From assembly GCA_964016885.1 (NCBI GenBank), contig OZ024742.1:185938001-186002000 (forward strand): a stretch of 64,000 bases of DNA, read 5' to 3'. The position numbers and the translations under genes were made by a program. Position 1 is the stretch's first letter. Each line of letters starts with the position of its first letter. The notes below the pieces were generated by a model. That model was given only the letters and a program-made list of their open reading frames with translations. It was not told the origin of the DNA and ran no database searches. Shown here piece by piece: positions 42,001 to 57,000 of this stretch. This stretch comes from Eledone cirrhosa. Taxonomy: Eukaryota.

Positions 42001-45000
42001 GCTGTAGTTCTTGTTGATGTTGCTGTTGTTATTGTTGTTATTACTGTTGTTCTTGTTGATGTTGCTGTTGTTATTGTTGATGTTGCGGTTGTTATTGTTG
42101 CTTTTGTTATTGTTGATGTTGCTGTTGTTATTGTTGATGTTGCTGTTGTTATTGTTGATGTTGTTATTGTTGATGATGTTGTTGTTATTGTTGTGGTTAT
42201 TGTTGATGTTGATGTTATTGTTGATGTTGCTGTTGTTATTGTTGATGTTGCTGTTGTTATTGTTGATGTTGTTATTGTTGATGTTGTTGTTATTGTTGTT
42301 GTTGTTATTGTTGATGTTAATGTTATTGTTGATGTTGCTGTTGTTATTGTTGTTATTGCTGTTGTTCTTGTTGATGTTGCTGTTGTTATTGTTGTTGTTG
42401 CTGTTGTTATTGTTGATCTTGCTGTTGTTATTGTTGTTGTTGGTGTTGTTATTGCTGGTGTTGTTATTGTTGATGTTGCTGTTGTTAATGTTGCTGTTGT
42501 TATTATTGATGTTGCTGTTGTTATTGTTGTTGTTGCTGTTGTTATTGTTGTTGTTGTTATTGTTGATGTTGCTGTTGTTATTGTTGATGTTGTTGTTATT
42601 GTTGTTGTTGTTAATGTTGATGTTGATGTTATTGTTGATGTTGCTGTTGTTATTGTTGTTATTGCTGTTGTTCTTGTTGATCTTGATGTTGTTATTGTTG
42701 TTGTTGCTGTTGTTATTGTTGATGTTGTTGTTGTTATTGTTGTTGTTGCTGTTGTTATTGTTGATGTTGTTGTTATTGTTGTTGTTGTTATTGTTGATGT
42801 TGATGTTATTGTTGATGTTTCTGTTGTTATTGTTGTTATTGCTGTTGTTCTTGTTGATGTTGCTGTTGTTATTGTTGTTGTTGCTGTTGTTATTGTTGAT
42901 GTTGCTGTTGTCATTGTTGTTGTTGCTGTTGTTATTGCTGGTATTGTTATTGTTGATGTTGCTGTTGTTATTGTTGCTGTTGTTATTGTTGATGTTGCTG
43001 TTGTTATTGTTGATGTTGCTGTTGTTATTGTTGATGTTGCTGTTGTTATTGTTGTTATTGCTGTTGTTCTTGTTGATGTTGCTGTTGTTAGTGTTGTTGT
43101 TGCTGTTGTTATTGTTGATGTTGCTGTTGTTATTGTTGTTGTTGCTGTTGTTATTGCTGGTGTTGTTATTGTTGATGTTGCTGTTGTTATTGTTGATGTT
43201 GCTGTTGTTATTGTTGTTGTTGCTGTTATTATTGCTGGTGTTTTTATTGTTGATGATGCTGTTGTTGATGTTGATGTTGCTGTTGTTATTGTTGATGTTG
43301 CTGTTGTTATTGTTGATGTTGCTGTTGTTATTGTTGACGTTGTTATTGTTGATGTTGTTGTTGTCATTGTTGTTGTTGCTGTTGCTGTTGTTATTGTTGA
43401 TGTTGTTGTTATTGTTGTTGTTGTTATTGTTGATGTTGATGTTATTGTTGATGTTTCTGTTGTTATTGTTGTTATTGCTGTTGTTCTTGTTGATGTTGCT
43501 GTTGTTATTGTTGTTGTTGCTGTTGTTATTGTTGATGTTGCTGTTGTTATTGTTGTTGTTGCTGTTGTTATTGCTGGTGTTGTTGTTATTGTTGTTGTTG
43601 TTATTGTTGATGTTGATGTTATTGTTGATGTTTCTGTTGTTATTGTTGTTATTGCTGTTGTTCTTGTTGATGATGCTGTTGTTGATGTTGATGTTGCTGT
43701 TGTTATTGTTGATGTTGCTGTTGTTATTGTTGTCGTTGTTATTTTTGATGTTGCTGTTGTCGCTGTGGTTATTGTTGCTGTTGTTATTGTTGCTGTTGTT
43801 ATTGCTGATGTTGCTCTTCTTATTGTTGTTATTGCTGTTGTTATTGTTGATGTTGCTGTTGTTATTGTTGATGTTGCTGTTGTTGTTGCTGTTGTGGCTA
43901 TTGTTATTGTTGTTATTGCTGTTGTTATTGTTGTTATTGCTGTTTTTATTGTTGTTATTGCTGTTGTTATTGCTGATGTTGCTGTTGTTATTGCTGATGT
44001 TGCTGTTGTTATTGTTGTTGCTGTTCTTAGTTGTTGTTATTGCTGTTGTTATTGTTGATATTGCTGTTGTTATTGTTGATGTTGCTGTTGTTGTTGCTGT
44101 TGTCCGTGTTGTTATTGTTGATGTTGCCCGTTGTTATTGTTGATGTTGCTGTTGTTATTGTTGTTATTGCTGTTGTTATTGTTGATGTTGCTGTTGTTAT
44201 TGTTGTTGTTGCTGTTGTCATTGCTGATGTTGTTATTGTTGATGTTGCTGTTGTTATTGTTGTTGTTGCTGATGTTATTGCTGATGTTGTTATTGTTGAT
44301 GTTGCTGTTGTTATTGTTGCTGTTGTTATTGTTGATGTTGCTGTTGTTATTGTTGATGTTGCCGTTGTTATTGTTGCTGTTGTTATTTTTGATGTTGCTG
44401 TTGTTATTGTTGATGTTGCTGTTGTTATTTTTGCTGTTATTATTGTTGATATTGCTGTTGTTATTGTTGTTGTTGCTGTTGTTATTGCTGATGTTGTTAT
44501 TGTTGATGTTGATGTTGCTGTTGTTATTGTTGATGTTACTGTTGTTATTGTTGATGTTGTTATTGTTGATGTTGCTGTTGTTATTGTTGATGTTGTTATT
44601 GTTGATGTTGCTGTTGTTATTGTTGATGTTGCTGTTGTTATTGTTGATGTTGCTGTTGTTGTTTTTGTTGCTGTTGTTATTGTTGATGTTGCTGTTGTTA
44701 TTGTTGTTGTTGCTGTTGTTATTGTTGATGTTGCAGTTGTTATTTTTTTGTTGCTGTTGTTATTGTTGTTGTTGCTGTTGTTATTGTGGTTGATGCTGTT
44801 GTTGTTGCTGTTGTTATTGTTATTGTTTTTGTTGTTATTGTTGCTGTTGTTATTGTTGATGTTGCTGTTGTTGTTGCTGTTGTCGCTGTTGTTATTGTTG
44901 ATGTTGCTGTTGTTATTGCTGTTGTTGCTGTTGTTATTGTTGTTGTTGCTGTTGTTATTGTTGATGTTGCTGTTGTTATTGTTGATGTTGCTGTTGTTAT

Positions 45001-48000
45001 TTTTGTTGTTGCTGTTGTTATTGTTGTTGTTGCTGTTGTAATTGTTGTTGATGCTGTTGTTATTGTTGATGTTGCTGTTGTTATTGTTTCTGTTGTTATT
45101 GTTGTTGTTGCTGTTGTTATTGTTGATGTTGCTGTTGTTATTGTTGCTGTTGTTATTGTTACTGTTGTTATTGTTGAAGTTGCTGTTGTTATTTTTGCTG
45201 TTGTTATTGTTGTTGTTGATGTTACTGTTGTTATTGTTGTTGTTGCTGTTGTTATTGCTGATGTTGTTATTGTTGATGTTGCTGTTGTTATTGTTGTTAT
45301 TGCTGTTGTTATTGCTGATGTTGTTATTGTTGATGTTGCTGTTGTTATTGTTGATGTTGCTGTTGTTATTGTTGATGTTGTTGTTGTTGTTATTATTGAT
45401 GTTGCTGTTGTTATTGTTGTAGTTGCTGTTGTTATTGTTGTTGTTGCTGTTGTTACTGTTGATGTTGCTGTTGTTATTGTTGATGTTGCTGTTGTTATTG
45501 TTGATGTTGTTATTGTTGATGTTGCTGTTGTTGTTGTTGATGTTGCTGTTGTTATTGTTGATGTTGCTGTTGTTATTGTTGTTATTGCTGTTGTTCTTGT
45601 TGATGTTGCTGTTGTTATTGTTGTTGTTGCTGTTGTTATTGTTGATGTTGCTGTTGTTATTGTTGTTGTTGCTGTTGTTATTGCTGCTGTTGTTATTGTT
45701 GATGTTGATGTTGTTATTGTTGCTGTTGTTATTGTTGATGTTGCTGTTGTTATTGTTGATGTTGCTGTTGTTATTGTTGATGTTGTTATTGTTGATGTTG
45801 TTGTTGTTATTGTTGTTGTTGCTGTTGTTATTGTTGATGTTGTTGTTATTGTTGTTGTTGTTATTGTTGTTATTGCTGTTGTTCTTGTTGATGTTGCTGT
45901 TGTTGTTGCTGTTGTTCTTGTTGATATTGCTGTTGTTATTGTTGTCGTTGCTGTTGTTATTGTTGATGTTGCTGTTGTTATTGTTGTTGTTGCTGTTGTC
46001 ATTGCTAATGTTGTTATTGTTGATGTTGCTGTTGTTATTGTTGTTGTTTCTGATGTTATTGCTGATGTTGTTATTGTTGATGTTGCTGTTGTTATTGTTG
46101 CTGTTGTTATTGTTGATGTTGCTGTTGTTATTGTTGATGTTGCTGTTGTTATTTTTGCTGTTGTTATTGTTGATATTGCTGTTGTTATTGTTGTTGTTGC
46201 TGTTGTTATTGCTGATGTTGTTATTGTTGATGTTGATGTTGCTGTTGTTATTGTTGATGTTACTGTTGTTATTGTTGCTGTTGTTATTGTTGATGTTGCT
46301 GTTGTTATTGTTGATGTTGTTATTGTTGATATTGCTGTTGTTGTTGTTGATGTTGCTGTTGTTATTGTTGCTGTTGTTATTGTTGATGTTGCTGTTGTTA
46401 TTGTTGATGTTGTTATTGTTGATATTGCTGTTGTTGTTGTTGATGTTGCTGTTGTTATTGTTGATGTTGCTGTTGTTATTGTTGTTATTGCTGTTGTTCT
46501 TGTTGATGTTGCTGTTGTTATTGTTGTTGTTGCTGTTGTTATTGTTGATGTTGCTGTTGTTATTGTTGCTTTTGTTATTGCTGATGTTGCTGTTCTTATT
46601 GTTGTTGCTGTTGTTAGTTGTTGTTATTGCTGTTGTTATTGTTGATGTTGCTGTTGTTATTGTTGAGGTTGCTGTTGTTGTTGCTGTTGTTATTGTTGAT
46701 GTTGCTGTTGTTATTGTTGATGTTGCTGTTGTTATTGTTCTTGTTGCTGTTGTTATTGTTGATGTTGCTGTTGTTATTGTTGATGTTGCTGTTGTTGATT
46801 TTGTTGCTGTTGTTATTGTTGATGTTGCTGTTGTTATTGTTGTTGTTGCTGTTGTTATTGTTGATGTTGCAGTTGTTATTTTTTTGTTGCTGTTGTTATT
46901 GTTGTTGTTGCTGTTGTTATTTTGGTTGATGCTGTTGTTGTTGCTGTTATTATTGTTATTGTTTTTGTTGTTATTGTTGCTGTTGTTATTGTTGATGTTG
47001 CTGTTGTTGTTGCTGTTGTCGCTGTTGTTATTGTTGATGTTGCTGTTGTTATTGCTGTTGTTGCTGTTGTTATTGTTGATGTTACTGTTGTTATTGCTGA
47101 TGTTGTTATTGTTGATGTTGATGTTGCTGTTGTTATTGTTGATGTTACTGTTGTTATTGTTGATGTTGTTATTGTTGATGTTGCTGTTGTTATTGTTGAT
47201 GTTGTTATTGTTGATGTTGCTGTTGTTATTGTTGATGTTGCTGTTGTTATTGTTGATGTTGCTGTTGTTGTTTTTGTTGCTGTTGTTATTGTTGATGTTG
47301 CTGTTGTTATTGTTGTTGTTGCTGTTGTTATTGTTGATGTTGCAGTTGTTATTTTTTTGTTGCTGTTGTTATTGTTGTTGTTGCTGTTGTTATTGTGGTT
47401 GATGCTGTTGTTGTTGCTGTTGTTATTGTTATTGTTTTTGTTGTTATTGTTGCTGTTGTTATTGTTGATGTTGCTGTTGTTGTTGCTGTTGTCGCTGTTG
47501 TTATTGTTGATGTTGCTGTTGTTATTGCTGTTGTTGCTGTTGTTATTGTTGTTGTTGCTGTTGTTATTGTTGATGTTGCTGTTGTTATTGTTGATGTTGC
47601 TGTTGTTATTTTTGTTGTTGCTGTTGTTATTGTTGTTGTTGCTGTTGTAATTGTTGTTGATGCTGTTGTTATTGTTGATGTTGCTGTTGTTATTGTTTCT
47701 GTTGTTATTGTTGTTGTTGCTGTTGTTATTGTTGATGTTGCTGTTGTTATTGTTGCTGTTGTTATTGTTACTGTTGTTATTGTTGAAGTTGCTGTTGTTA
47801 TTTTTGCTGTTGTTATTGTTGTTGTTGATGTTACTGTTGTTATTGTTGTTGTTGCTGTTGTTATTGCTGATGTTGTTATTGTTGATGTTGCTGTTGTTAT
47901 TGTTGTTATTGCTGTTGTTATTGCTGATGTTGTTATTGTTGATGTTGCTGTTGTTATTGTTGATGTTGCTGTTGTTATTGTTGATGTTGTTGTTGTTGTT

Positions 48001-51000
48001 ATTATTGATGTTGCTGTTGTTATTGTTGTAGTTGCTGTTGTTATTGTTGTTGTTGCTGTTGTTACTGTTGATGTTGCTGTTGTTATTGTTGATGTTGCTG
48101 TTGTTATTGTTGATGTTGTTATTGTTGATGTTGCTGTTGTTGTTGTTGATGTTGCTGTTGTTATTGTTGATGTTGCTGTTGTTATTGTTGTTATTGCTGT
48201 TGTTCTTGTTGATGTTGCTGTTGTTATTGTTGTTGTTGCTGTTGTTATTGTTGATGTTGCTGTTGTTATTGTTGTTGTTGCTGTTGTTATTGCTGCTGTT
48301 GTTATTGTTGATGTTGATGTTGTTATTGTTGCTGTTGTTATTGTTGATGTTGCTGTTGTTATTGTTGATGTTGCTGTTGTTATTGTTGATGTTGTTATTG
48401 TTGATGTTGTTGTTGTTATTGTTGTTGTTGCTGTTGTTATTGTTGATGTTGTTGTTATTGTTGTTGTTGTTATTGTTGTTATTGCTGTTGTTCTTGTTGA
48501 TGTTGCTGTTGTTGTTGCTGTTGTTCTTGTTGATATTGCTGTTGTTATTGTTGTCGTTGCTGTTGTTATTGTTGATGTTGCTGTTGTTATTGTTGTTGTT
48601 GCTGTTGTCATTGCTAATGTTGTTATTGTTGATGTTGCTGTTGTTATTGTTGTTGTTTCTGATGTTATTGCTGATGTTGTTATTGTTGATGTTGCTGTTG
48701 TTATTGTTGCTGTTGTTATTGTTGATGTTGCTGTTGTTATTGTTGATGTTGCTGTTGTTATTTTTGCTGTTGTTATTGTTGATATTGCTGTTGTTATTGT
48801 TGTTGTTGCTGTTGTTATTGCTGATGTTGTTATTGTTGATGTTGATGTTGCTGTTGTTATTGTTGATGTTACTGTTGTTATTGTTGCTGTTGTTATTGTT
48901 GATGTTGCTGTTGTTATTGTTGATGTTGTTATTGTTGATATTGCTGTTGTTGTTGTTGATGTTGCTGTTGTTATTGTTGCTGTTGTTATTGTTGATGTTG
49001 CTGTTGTTATTGTTGATGTTGTTATTGTTGATATTGCTGTTGTTGTTGTTGATGTTGCTGTTGTTATTGTTGATGTTGCTGTTGTTATTGTTGTTATTGC
49101 TGTTGTTCTTGTTGATGTTGCTGTTGTTATTGTTGTTGTTGCTGTTGTTATTGTTGATGTTGCTGTTGTTATTGTTGCTTTTGTTATTGCTGATGTTGCT
49201 GTTCTTATTGTTGTTATTGATGTTGTTATTGTTGTTATTGCTGTTTTTATTGTTGTTATTGCTGTTGTTATTGCTGATGTTGCTGTTGTTATTGTTGTTG
49301 CTGTTGTTAGTTGTTGTTATTGCTGTTGTTATTGTTGATGTTGCTGTTGTTATTGTTGAGGTTGCTGTTGTTGTTGCTGTTGTTATTGTTGATGTTGCTG
49401 TTGTTATTGTTGATGTTGCTGTTGTTATTGTTCTTGTTGCTGTTGTTATTGTTGATGTTGCTGTTGTTATTGTTGATGTTGCTGTTGTTGATTTTGTTGC
49501 TGTTGTTATTGTTGATGTTGCTGTTGTTATTGTTGTTGTTGCTGTTGTTATTGTTGATGTTGCAGTTGTTATTTTTTTGTTGCTGTTGTTATTGTTGTTG
49601 TTGCTGTTGTTATTTTGGTTGATGCTGTTGTTGTTGCTGTTATTATTGTTATTGTTTTTGTTGTTATTGTTGCTGTTGTTATTGTTGATGTTGCTGTTGT
49701 TGTTGCTGTTGTCGCTGTTGTTATTGTTGATGTTGCTGTTGTTATTGCTGTTGTTGCTGTTGTTATTGTTGTTGTTGCTGTTGTTATTGTTGATGTTGCT
49801 GTTGTTATTTTTGTTGTTGCTGTTGTTATTGTTGTTGTTGCTGTTGTTATTGTTGTTGATGCTGTTGTTATTGTTGATGTTGCTTTTGTTATTTTTACTG
49901 TTGTTATTGTTGATGTTGCTGTTGTTATTGTTATTGTTTCTGTTGTTATTGTTGTTGTTGCTGTTGTTATTGTTGATGTTGCTGTTGTTATTGTTGCTGT
50001 TGTTATTGTTACTGTTGTTATTGTTGAAGTTGCTGTTGTTATTTTTGCTGTTGTTATTGTTGTTGTTGATGTTGCTGTTGTTATTGTTGTTGTTGCTGTT
50101 GTTATTGCTGATGTTGTTATTGTTGATGTTGCTGTTGTTATTATTGTTGTTGCTGTTGTTATTGCTGATGTTGTTATTGTTGATGTTACTGTTGTTATTG
50201 TTGATGTTGCTGATGTTATTGTTGATGTAGTTGTTGTTGTTATTATTGATGTTGCTGTTGTTATTGTTGTAGTTGCTGTTGTTATTGTTGTTGTTGCTGT
50301 TGTTACTGTTGATGTTGATGTTGTTATTGTTGTAGTTGCTGTTGTTATTGTTGTTGTTGTTATTGTTGTTGTTGCTGTCATTATTTTTGTTGTTATTGTT
50401 ATTGTTGATGTTGATGTTGCCGTTGTTATTTTTGATGTTGCTGTTGTTTTTGTTGTTATTGTTGTCGCTGTTGTTATTGTTGCTCTTGTTATTGCTGATG
50501 TTGCTGTTCTTATTGTTGTTATTGCTGTTGTTATCGTTGATGTTGCTGTTGTTATTGTTGATGTTGCTGTTGTTATTGTTGTTGTTGCTGTGTTATTGCT
50601 GGTATTGTTATTGTTGATGTTGCTGTTGTTATTGTTGCTGTTGTTATTGTTGATGTTGCTGTTGTTATTGTTGATGTTGCTGTTGTTATTGTTGATGTTG
50701 CTGTTGTTATTGTTGTTATTGCTGTTGTTCTTGTTGATGTTGCTGTTGTTATTGTTGTTGTTGCTGTTGTTATTGTTGATGTTGCTGTTGTTATTCTTGT
50801 TGTTGCTGTTGTTATTGCTGGTGTTGTTATTGTTGATGATGCTGTTGTTATTGTTGATGTTGCTGTTGTTATTGTTGTTGTTGCTGTTATTATTGCTGGT
50901 GTTTTTATTGTTGATGATGCTGTTGTTGATGTTGATGTTGCTGTTGTTATTGTTGATGTTGCTGTTGTTATTGTTGATGTTGCTGTTGATATTGTTGATG

Positions 51001-54000
51001 TTGTTATTGTTGATGTTGTTGTTGTTATTGTTGTTGTTGCTGTTGTTATTGTTGATGTTGTTGTTATTGTTGTTGTTGTTATAGTTGATGTTGATGTTAT
51101 TGTTGATGTTTCTGTTGTTATTGTTGTTATTGCTGTTGTTCTTGTTGATGTTGCTGTTGTTATTGTTGTTGTTGCTGTTGTTATTGTTGATGTTGCTCTT
51201 GTTATTGTTGTTCTTGCTGTTGTTATTGCTGGTGTTTTTATTGTTGATGATGCTGTTGTTGATGTTGATGTTGCTGTTGTTATTTTTGATGTTGCTGTTG
51301 TTATTGTTGTCGTTGTTATTTTTGATGTTGCTGTTGTCGCTGTGGTTATTGTTGCTGTTGTTATTGTTGCTGTTGTTATTGCTGATGTTGCTCTTCTTAT
51401 TGTTGTTATTGCTGTTGTTATTGTTGATGTTGCTGTTGTTGTTGCTGTTGTTGTTGCTGTTGTGGCTATTGTTATTGTTGTTATTGCTGTTGTTATTGTT
51501 GTTATTGCTGTTTTTATTGTTGTTATTGCTGTTGTTATTGCTGATGTTGCTGTTGTTATTGCTGATGTTGCTGTTGTTATTGTTGTTGCTGTTGTTAGTT
51601 GTTGTTATTGCTGTTGTTATTGTTGATATTGCTGTTGTTCTTGTTGATGTTGCTGTTGTTGTTGCTGTTGTCGCTGTTGTTATTGTTGATGTTGCCCGTT
51701 ATATTGTTGATGTTGCTGTTGTTATTGTTGTTATTGCTGTTGTTATTGTTGATGTTGCTGTTGTTATTGTTGTTGTTGCTGTTGTCATTGCTGATGTTGT
51801 TATTGTTGATGTTGCTGTTGTTATTGTTGTTGTTGCTGATGTTATTGCTGATGTTGTTATTGTTGATGTTGCTGTTGTTATTGTTGCTGTTGTTATTGTT
51901 GATGTTGCTGTTGTTATTGTTGATGTTGCCGTTGTTATTGTTGCTGTTGTTATTTTTGATGTTGCTGTTGTTATTGTTGATGTTGCTGTTGTTATTTTTG
52001 CTGTTATTATTGTTGATATTGCTGTTGTTATTGTTGTTGTTGCTGTTGTTATTGCTGATGTTGTTATTGTTGATGTTGATGTTGCTGTTGTTATTGTTGA
52101 TGTTGCTGTTGTTATTGTTGATGTTGCTGTTGTTATTGTTGATGTTGATGTTGCTGTTGTTATTGTTGTTGTTGTTATTGTTGATGTTGATGTTGCTGTT
52201 GAAGTTGCTGTTGTTATTTTTGATGTTGCTGTTGTCGCTGTGGTTATTGTTGCTGTTGTTATTGTTGTAGTTGTTGTTGTTATTGTTGATGTTGATGTTG
52301 CTGTTGTTATTTTTGATGTTGCTGATGTTGCTGTTCTTATTCTTGTTATTGCTGTTGTTATTGTTGATGTTGCTGTTTTTATTGCTGATGTTGCTGTTGT
52401 TATTGCTGATGTGCTGTTATTATTGTCGTTGCTGTTGTTAGTTGTTGTTATTGCTGTTGTTATTGTTGATGTTGCTGTTGTTATTGTTGATGTTGCTGTT
52501 GTTGTTGCTGTTGTCGCTGTTGTTATTGTTGCTGTTGTTATTGTTACTGTTGTTATTGTTGAAGTTGCTGTTGTTATTTTTGCTGTTGTTATTGTTGTTG
52601 TTGATGTTGCTGTTGTTATTGTTGTTGTTGCTGTTGTTATTGCTGATGTTGTTATTGTTGATGTTACTGTTGTTATTGTTGATGTTGCTGATGTTATTGT
52701 TGATGTTGTTGTTGTTGTTATTATTGATGTTGCTGTTGTTATTGTTGTAGTTGCTGTTGTTATTGTTGTTGTTGCTGTTGTTACTGTTGATGTTGATGTT
52801 GTTATTGTTGTAGTTGCTGTTGTTATTGTTGTTGTTGTTATTGTTGTTGTTGCTGTCATTATTTTTGTTGTTATTGTTATTGTTGATGTTGATGTTGCCG
52901 TTGTTATTTTTGATGTTGCTGTTGTTTTTGTTGTTATTGTTGTCGCTGTTGTTATTGTTGCTCTTGTTATTGCTGATGTTGCTGTTCTTATTGTTGTTAT
53001 TGCTGTTGTTATCGTTGATGTTGCTGTTGTTATTGTTGATGTTGCTGTTGTTATTGTTGTTGTTGCTGTTGTTATTGCTGGTATTGTTATTGTTGATGTT
53101 GCTGTTGTTATTGTTGTTGTTGCTGTTGTTATTGTTGATGTTGCAGTTGTTATTTTTTTGTTGCTGTTGTTATTGTTGTTGTTGCTGTTGTTATTGTGGT
53201 TGATGCTGTTGTTGTTGCTGTTGTTATTGTTATTGTTTTTGTTGTTATTGTTGATGTTGCTGTTGTTGTTGCTGTTGTCGCTGTTGTTATTGTTGATGTT
53301 GCTGTTGTTATTGCTGTTGTTGCTGTTGTTATTGTTGTTGTTGCTGTTGTTATTGTTGATGTTGCTGTTGTTATTGTTGATGTTGCTGTTGTTATTTTTG
53401 TTGTTGCTGTTGTTATTGTTGTTGTTGCTGTTGTAATTGTTGTTGATGCTGTTGTTATTGTTGATGTTGCTGTTGTTATTGTTTCTGTTGTTATTGTTGT
53501 TGTTGCTGTTGTTATTGTTGATGTTGCTGTTGTTATTGTTGCTGTTGTTATTGTTACTGTTGTTATTGTTGAAGTTGCTGTTGTTATTTTTGCTGTTGTT
53601 ATTGTTGTTGTTGATGTTACTGTTGTTATTGTTGTTGTTGCTGTTGTTATTGCTGATGTTGTTTATGTTGATGTTGCTGTTGTTATTGTTGTTGTTGCTG
53701 TTGTTATTGCTGATGTTGTTATTGTTGATGTTGCTGTTGTTATTGTTGATGTTGCTGTTGTTATTGTTGATGTTGTTATTGTTGATGTTGCTGTTGTTGT
53801 TGTTGATGTTGCTGTTGTTATTGTTGATGTTGCTGTTGTTATTGTTGTTATTGCTGTTGTTCTTGTTGATGTTGCTCTTGTTATTGTTGTTGTTGCTGTT
53901 GTTATTGTTGATGTTGCTGTTGTTATTGTTGTTGTTGCTGTTGTTATTGCTGCTGTTGTTATTGTTGATGTTGATGTTGTTATTGTTGCTGTTGTTATTG

Positions 54001-57000
54001 TTGATGTTGCTGTTGTTATTGTTGATGTTGCTGTTGTTATTGTTGATGTTGTTATTGTTGATGTTGTTGTTGTTATTGTTGTTGTTGCTGTTGTTATTGT
54101 TGATGTTGTTGTTATTGTTGTTGTTGTTATTGTTGTTATTGCTGTTGTTCTTGTTGATGTTGCTGTTGTTGTTGCTGTTGTTCTTGTTGATGTTGCTGTT
54201 GTTATTGTTGTCGTTGCTGTTGTTATTGTTGATGTTGCTGTTGTTATTGTTGTTGTTGCTGTTGTCATTGCTAATGTTGTTATTGTTGATGTTGCTGTTG
54301 TTATTGTTGTTGTTTCTGATGTTATTGCTGATGTTGTTATTGTTGATGTTGCTGTTGTTATTGTTGCTGTTGTTATTGTTGATGTTGCTGTTGTTATTGT
54401 TGATGTTGCTGTTGTTATTGTTGATGTTGCTGTTGTTATTGTTGATGTTGCTGTTGTTATTGTTGCTGTTGTTATTGTTGATGTTGCTGTTGTTATTTTT
54501 GCTGTTGTTATTGTTGATATTGCTGTTGTTATTGTTGTTGTTGCTGTTGTTATTGCTGATGTTGTTATTGTTGATGTTGATGTTGCTGTTGTTATTGTTG
54601 ATGTTACTGTTGTTATTGTTGCTGTTGTTATTGTTGATGTTGCTGTTGTTATTGTTGATGTTGTTATTGTTGATGTTGCTGTTGTTGTTGTTGATGTTGC
54701 TGTTGTTATTGTTGATGTTGCTGTTGTTATTGTTGTTATTGCTGTTGTTCTTGTTGATGTTGCTGTTGTTATTGTTGTTGTTGCTGTTGTTATTGTTGAT
54801 GTTGCTGTTGTTATTGTTGCTTTTGTTATTGCTGATGTTGCTGTTCTTATTGTTGTTATTGATGTTGTTATTGTTGTTATTGCTGTTTTTATTGTTGTTA
54901 TTGCTGTTGTTATTGCTGATGTTGCTGTTGTTATTGTTGTTGCTGTTGTTAGTTGTTGTTATTGCTGTTGTTATTGTTGATGTTGCTGTTGTTATTGTTG
55001 AGGTTGCTGTTGTTGTTGCTGTTGTTATTGTTGATGTTGCTGTTGTTATTGTTGATGTTGCTGTTGTTATTGATCTTGTTGCTGTTGTTATTGTTGATGT
55101 TGCTGTTGTTATTGTTGATGTTGCTGTTGTTGATTTTGTTGCTGTTGTTATTGTTGATGTTGCTGTTGTTATTGTTGTTGTTGCTGTTGTTATTGTTGAT
55201 GTTGCAGTTGTTATTTTTTTGTTGCTGTTGTTATTGTTGTTGTTGCTGTTGTTATTTTGGTTGATGCTGTTGTTGTTGCTGTTATTATTGTTATTGTTTT
55301 TGTTGTTATTGTTGCTGTTGTTATTGTTGATGTTGCTGTTGTTGTTGCTGTTGTCGCTGTTGTTATTGTTGATGTTGCTGTTGTTATTGCTGTTGTTGCT
55401 GTTGTTATTGTTGTTGTTGCTGTTGTTATTGTTGATGTTGCTGTTGTTATTTTTGTTGTTGCTGTTGTTATTGTTGTTGTTGCTGTTGTTATTGTTGTTG
55501 ATGCTGTTGTTATTGTTGATGTTGCTTTTGTTATTGTTACTGTTGTTATTGTTGATGTTGCTGTTGTTATTGTTTTTGTTTCTGTTGTTATTGTTGTTGT
55601 TGCTGTTGTTATTGTTGATGTTGCTGTTGTTATTGTTGCTGTTGTTATTGTTACTGTTGTTATTGTTGAAGTTGCTGTTGTTATTTTTGCTGTTGTTATT
55701 GTTGTTGTTGATGTTGCTGTTGTTATTGTTGTTGTTGCTGTTGTTATTGCTGATGTTGTTATTGTTGATGTTGCTGTTGTTATTATTGTTGTTGCTGTTG
55801 TTATTGCTGATGTTGTTATTGTTGATGTTACTGTTGTTATTGTTGATGTTGCTGATGTTATTGTTGATGTTGTTGTTGTTGTTATTATTGATGTTGCTGT
55901 TGTTATTGTTGTAGTTGCTGTTGTTATTGTTGTTGTTGCTGTTGTTACTGTTGATGTTGATGTTGTTATTGTTGTAGTTGCTGTTGTTATTGTTGTTGTT
56001 GTTATTGTTGTTGTTGCTGTCATTATTTTTGTTGTTATTGTTATTGTTGATGTTGATGTTGCCGTTGTTATTTTTGATGTTGCTGTTGTTTTTGTTGTTA
56101 TTGTTGTCGCTGTTGTTATTGTTGCTCTTGTTATTGCTGATGTTGCTGTTCTTATTGTTGTTATTGCTGTTGTTATCGTTGATGTTGCTGTTGTTATTGT
56201 TGATGTTGCTGTTGTTATTGTTGTTGTTGCTGTTGTTATTGCTGGTATTGTTATTGTTGATGTTGCTGTTGTTATTGTTGCTGTTGTTATTGTTGATGTT
56301 GCTGTTGTTATTGTTGATGTTGCTGTTGTTATTGTTGATGTTGCTGTTGTTATTGTTGTTATTGCTGTTGTTCTTGTTGATGTTGCTGTTGTTATTGTTG
56401 TTGTTGCTGTTGTTATTGTTGATGTTGCTGTTGTTATTCTTGTTGTTGCTGTTGTTATTGCTGGTGTTTTTATTGTTGATGATGCTGTTGTTGATGTTGA
56501 TGTTGCTGTTGTTATTGTTGATGTTGCTGTTGTTATTGTTGATGTTGCTGTTGATATTGTTGATGTTGTTATTGTTGATGTTGTTGTTGTTATTGTTGTT
56601 GTTGCTGTTGTTATTGTTGATGTTGTTGTTATTGTTGTTGTTGTTATTGTTGATGTTGATGTTATTGTTGATGTTTCTGTTGTTATTGTTGTTATTGCTG
56701 TTGTTCTTGTTGATGTTGCTGTTGTTATTGTTGTTGTTGCTGTTGTTATTGTTGATGTTGCTCTTGTTATTGTTGTTGTTGCTGTTGTTATTGCTGGTGT
56801 TTTTATTGTTGATGATGCTGTTGTTGATGTTGATGTTGCTGTTGTTATTTTTGATGTTGCTGTTGTTATTGTTGTCGTTGTTATTTTTGATGTTGCTGTT
56901 GTCGCTGTGGTTATTGTTGCTGTTGTTATTGTTGCTGTTGTTATTGCTGATGTTGCTCTTCTTATTGTTGTTATTGCTGTTGTTATTGTTGATGTTGCTG

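Noticed and set aside
2904-43367. Minus-strand poly-Asn (NNSNINN) and Q-rich 'prion-like' ORF segments
   Set aside because: These are alternative frames of the same repeat, entered through 1-bp indels. The recurring KQQQHQQ and CCCCCCYS ends are just the duplicated frameshift marker.
11317-50592. Singleton 1-bp indels (about 11317, 28206, 30154, 50591)
   Set aside because: They are not clearly propagated with duplicated blocks and cannot be distinguished from consensus errors, so I did not use them as evidence.
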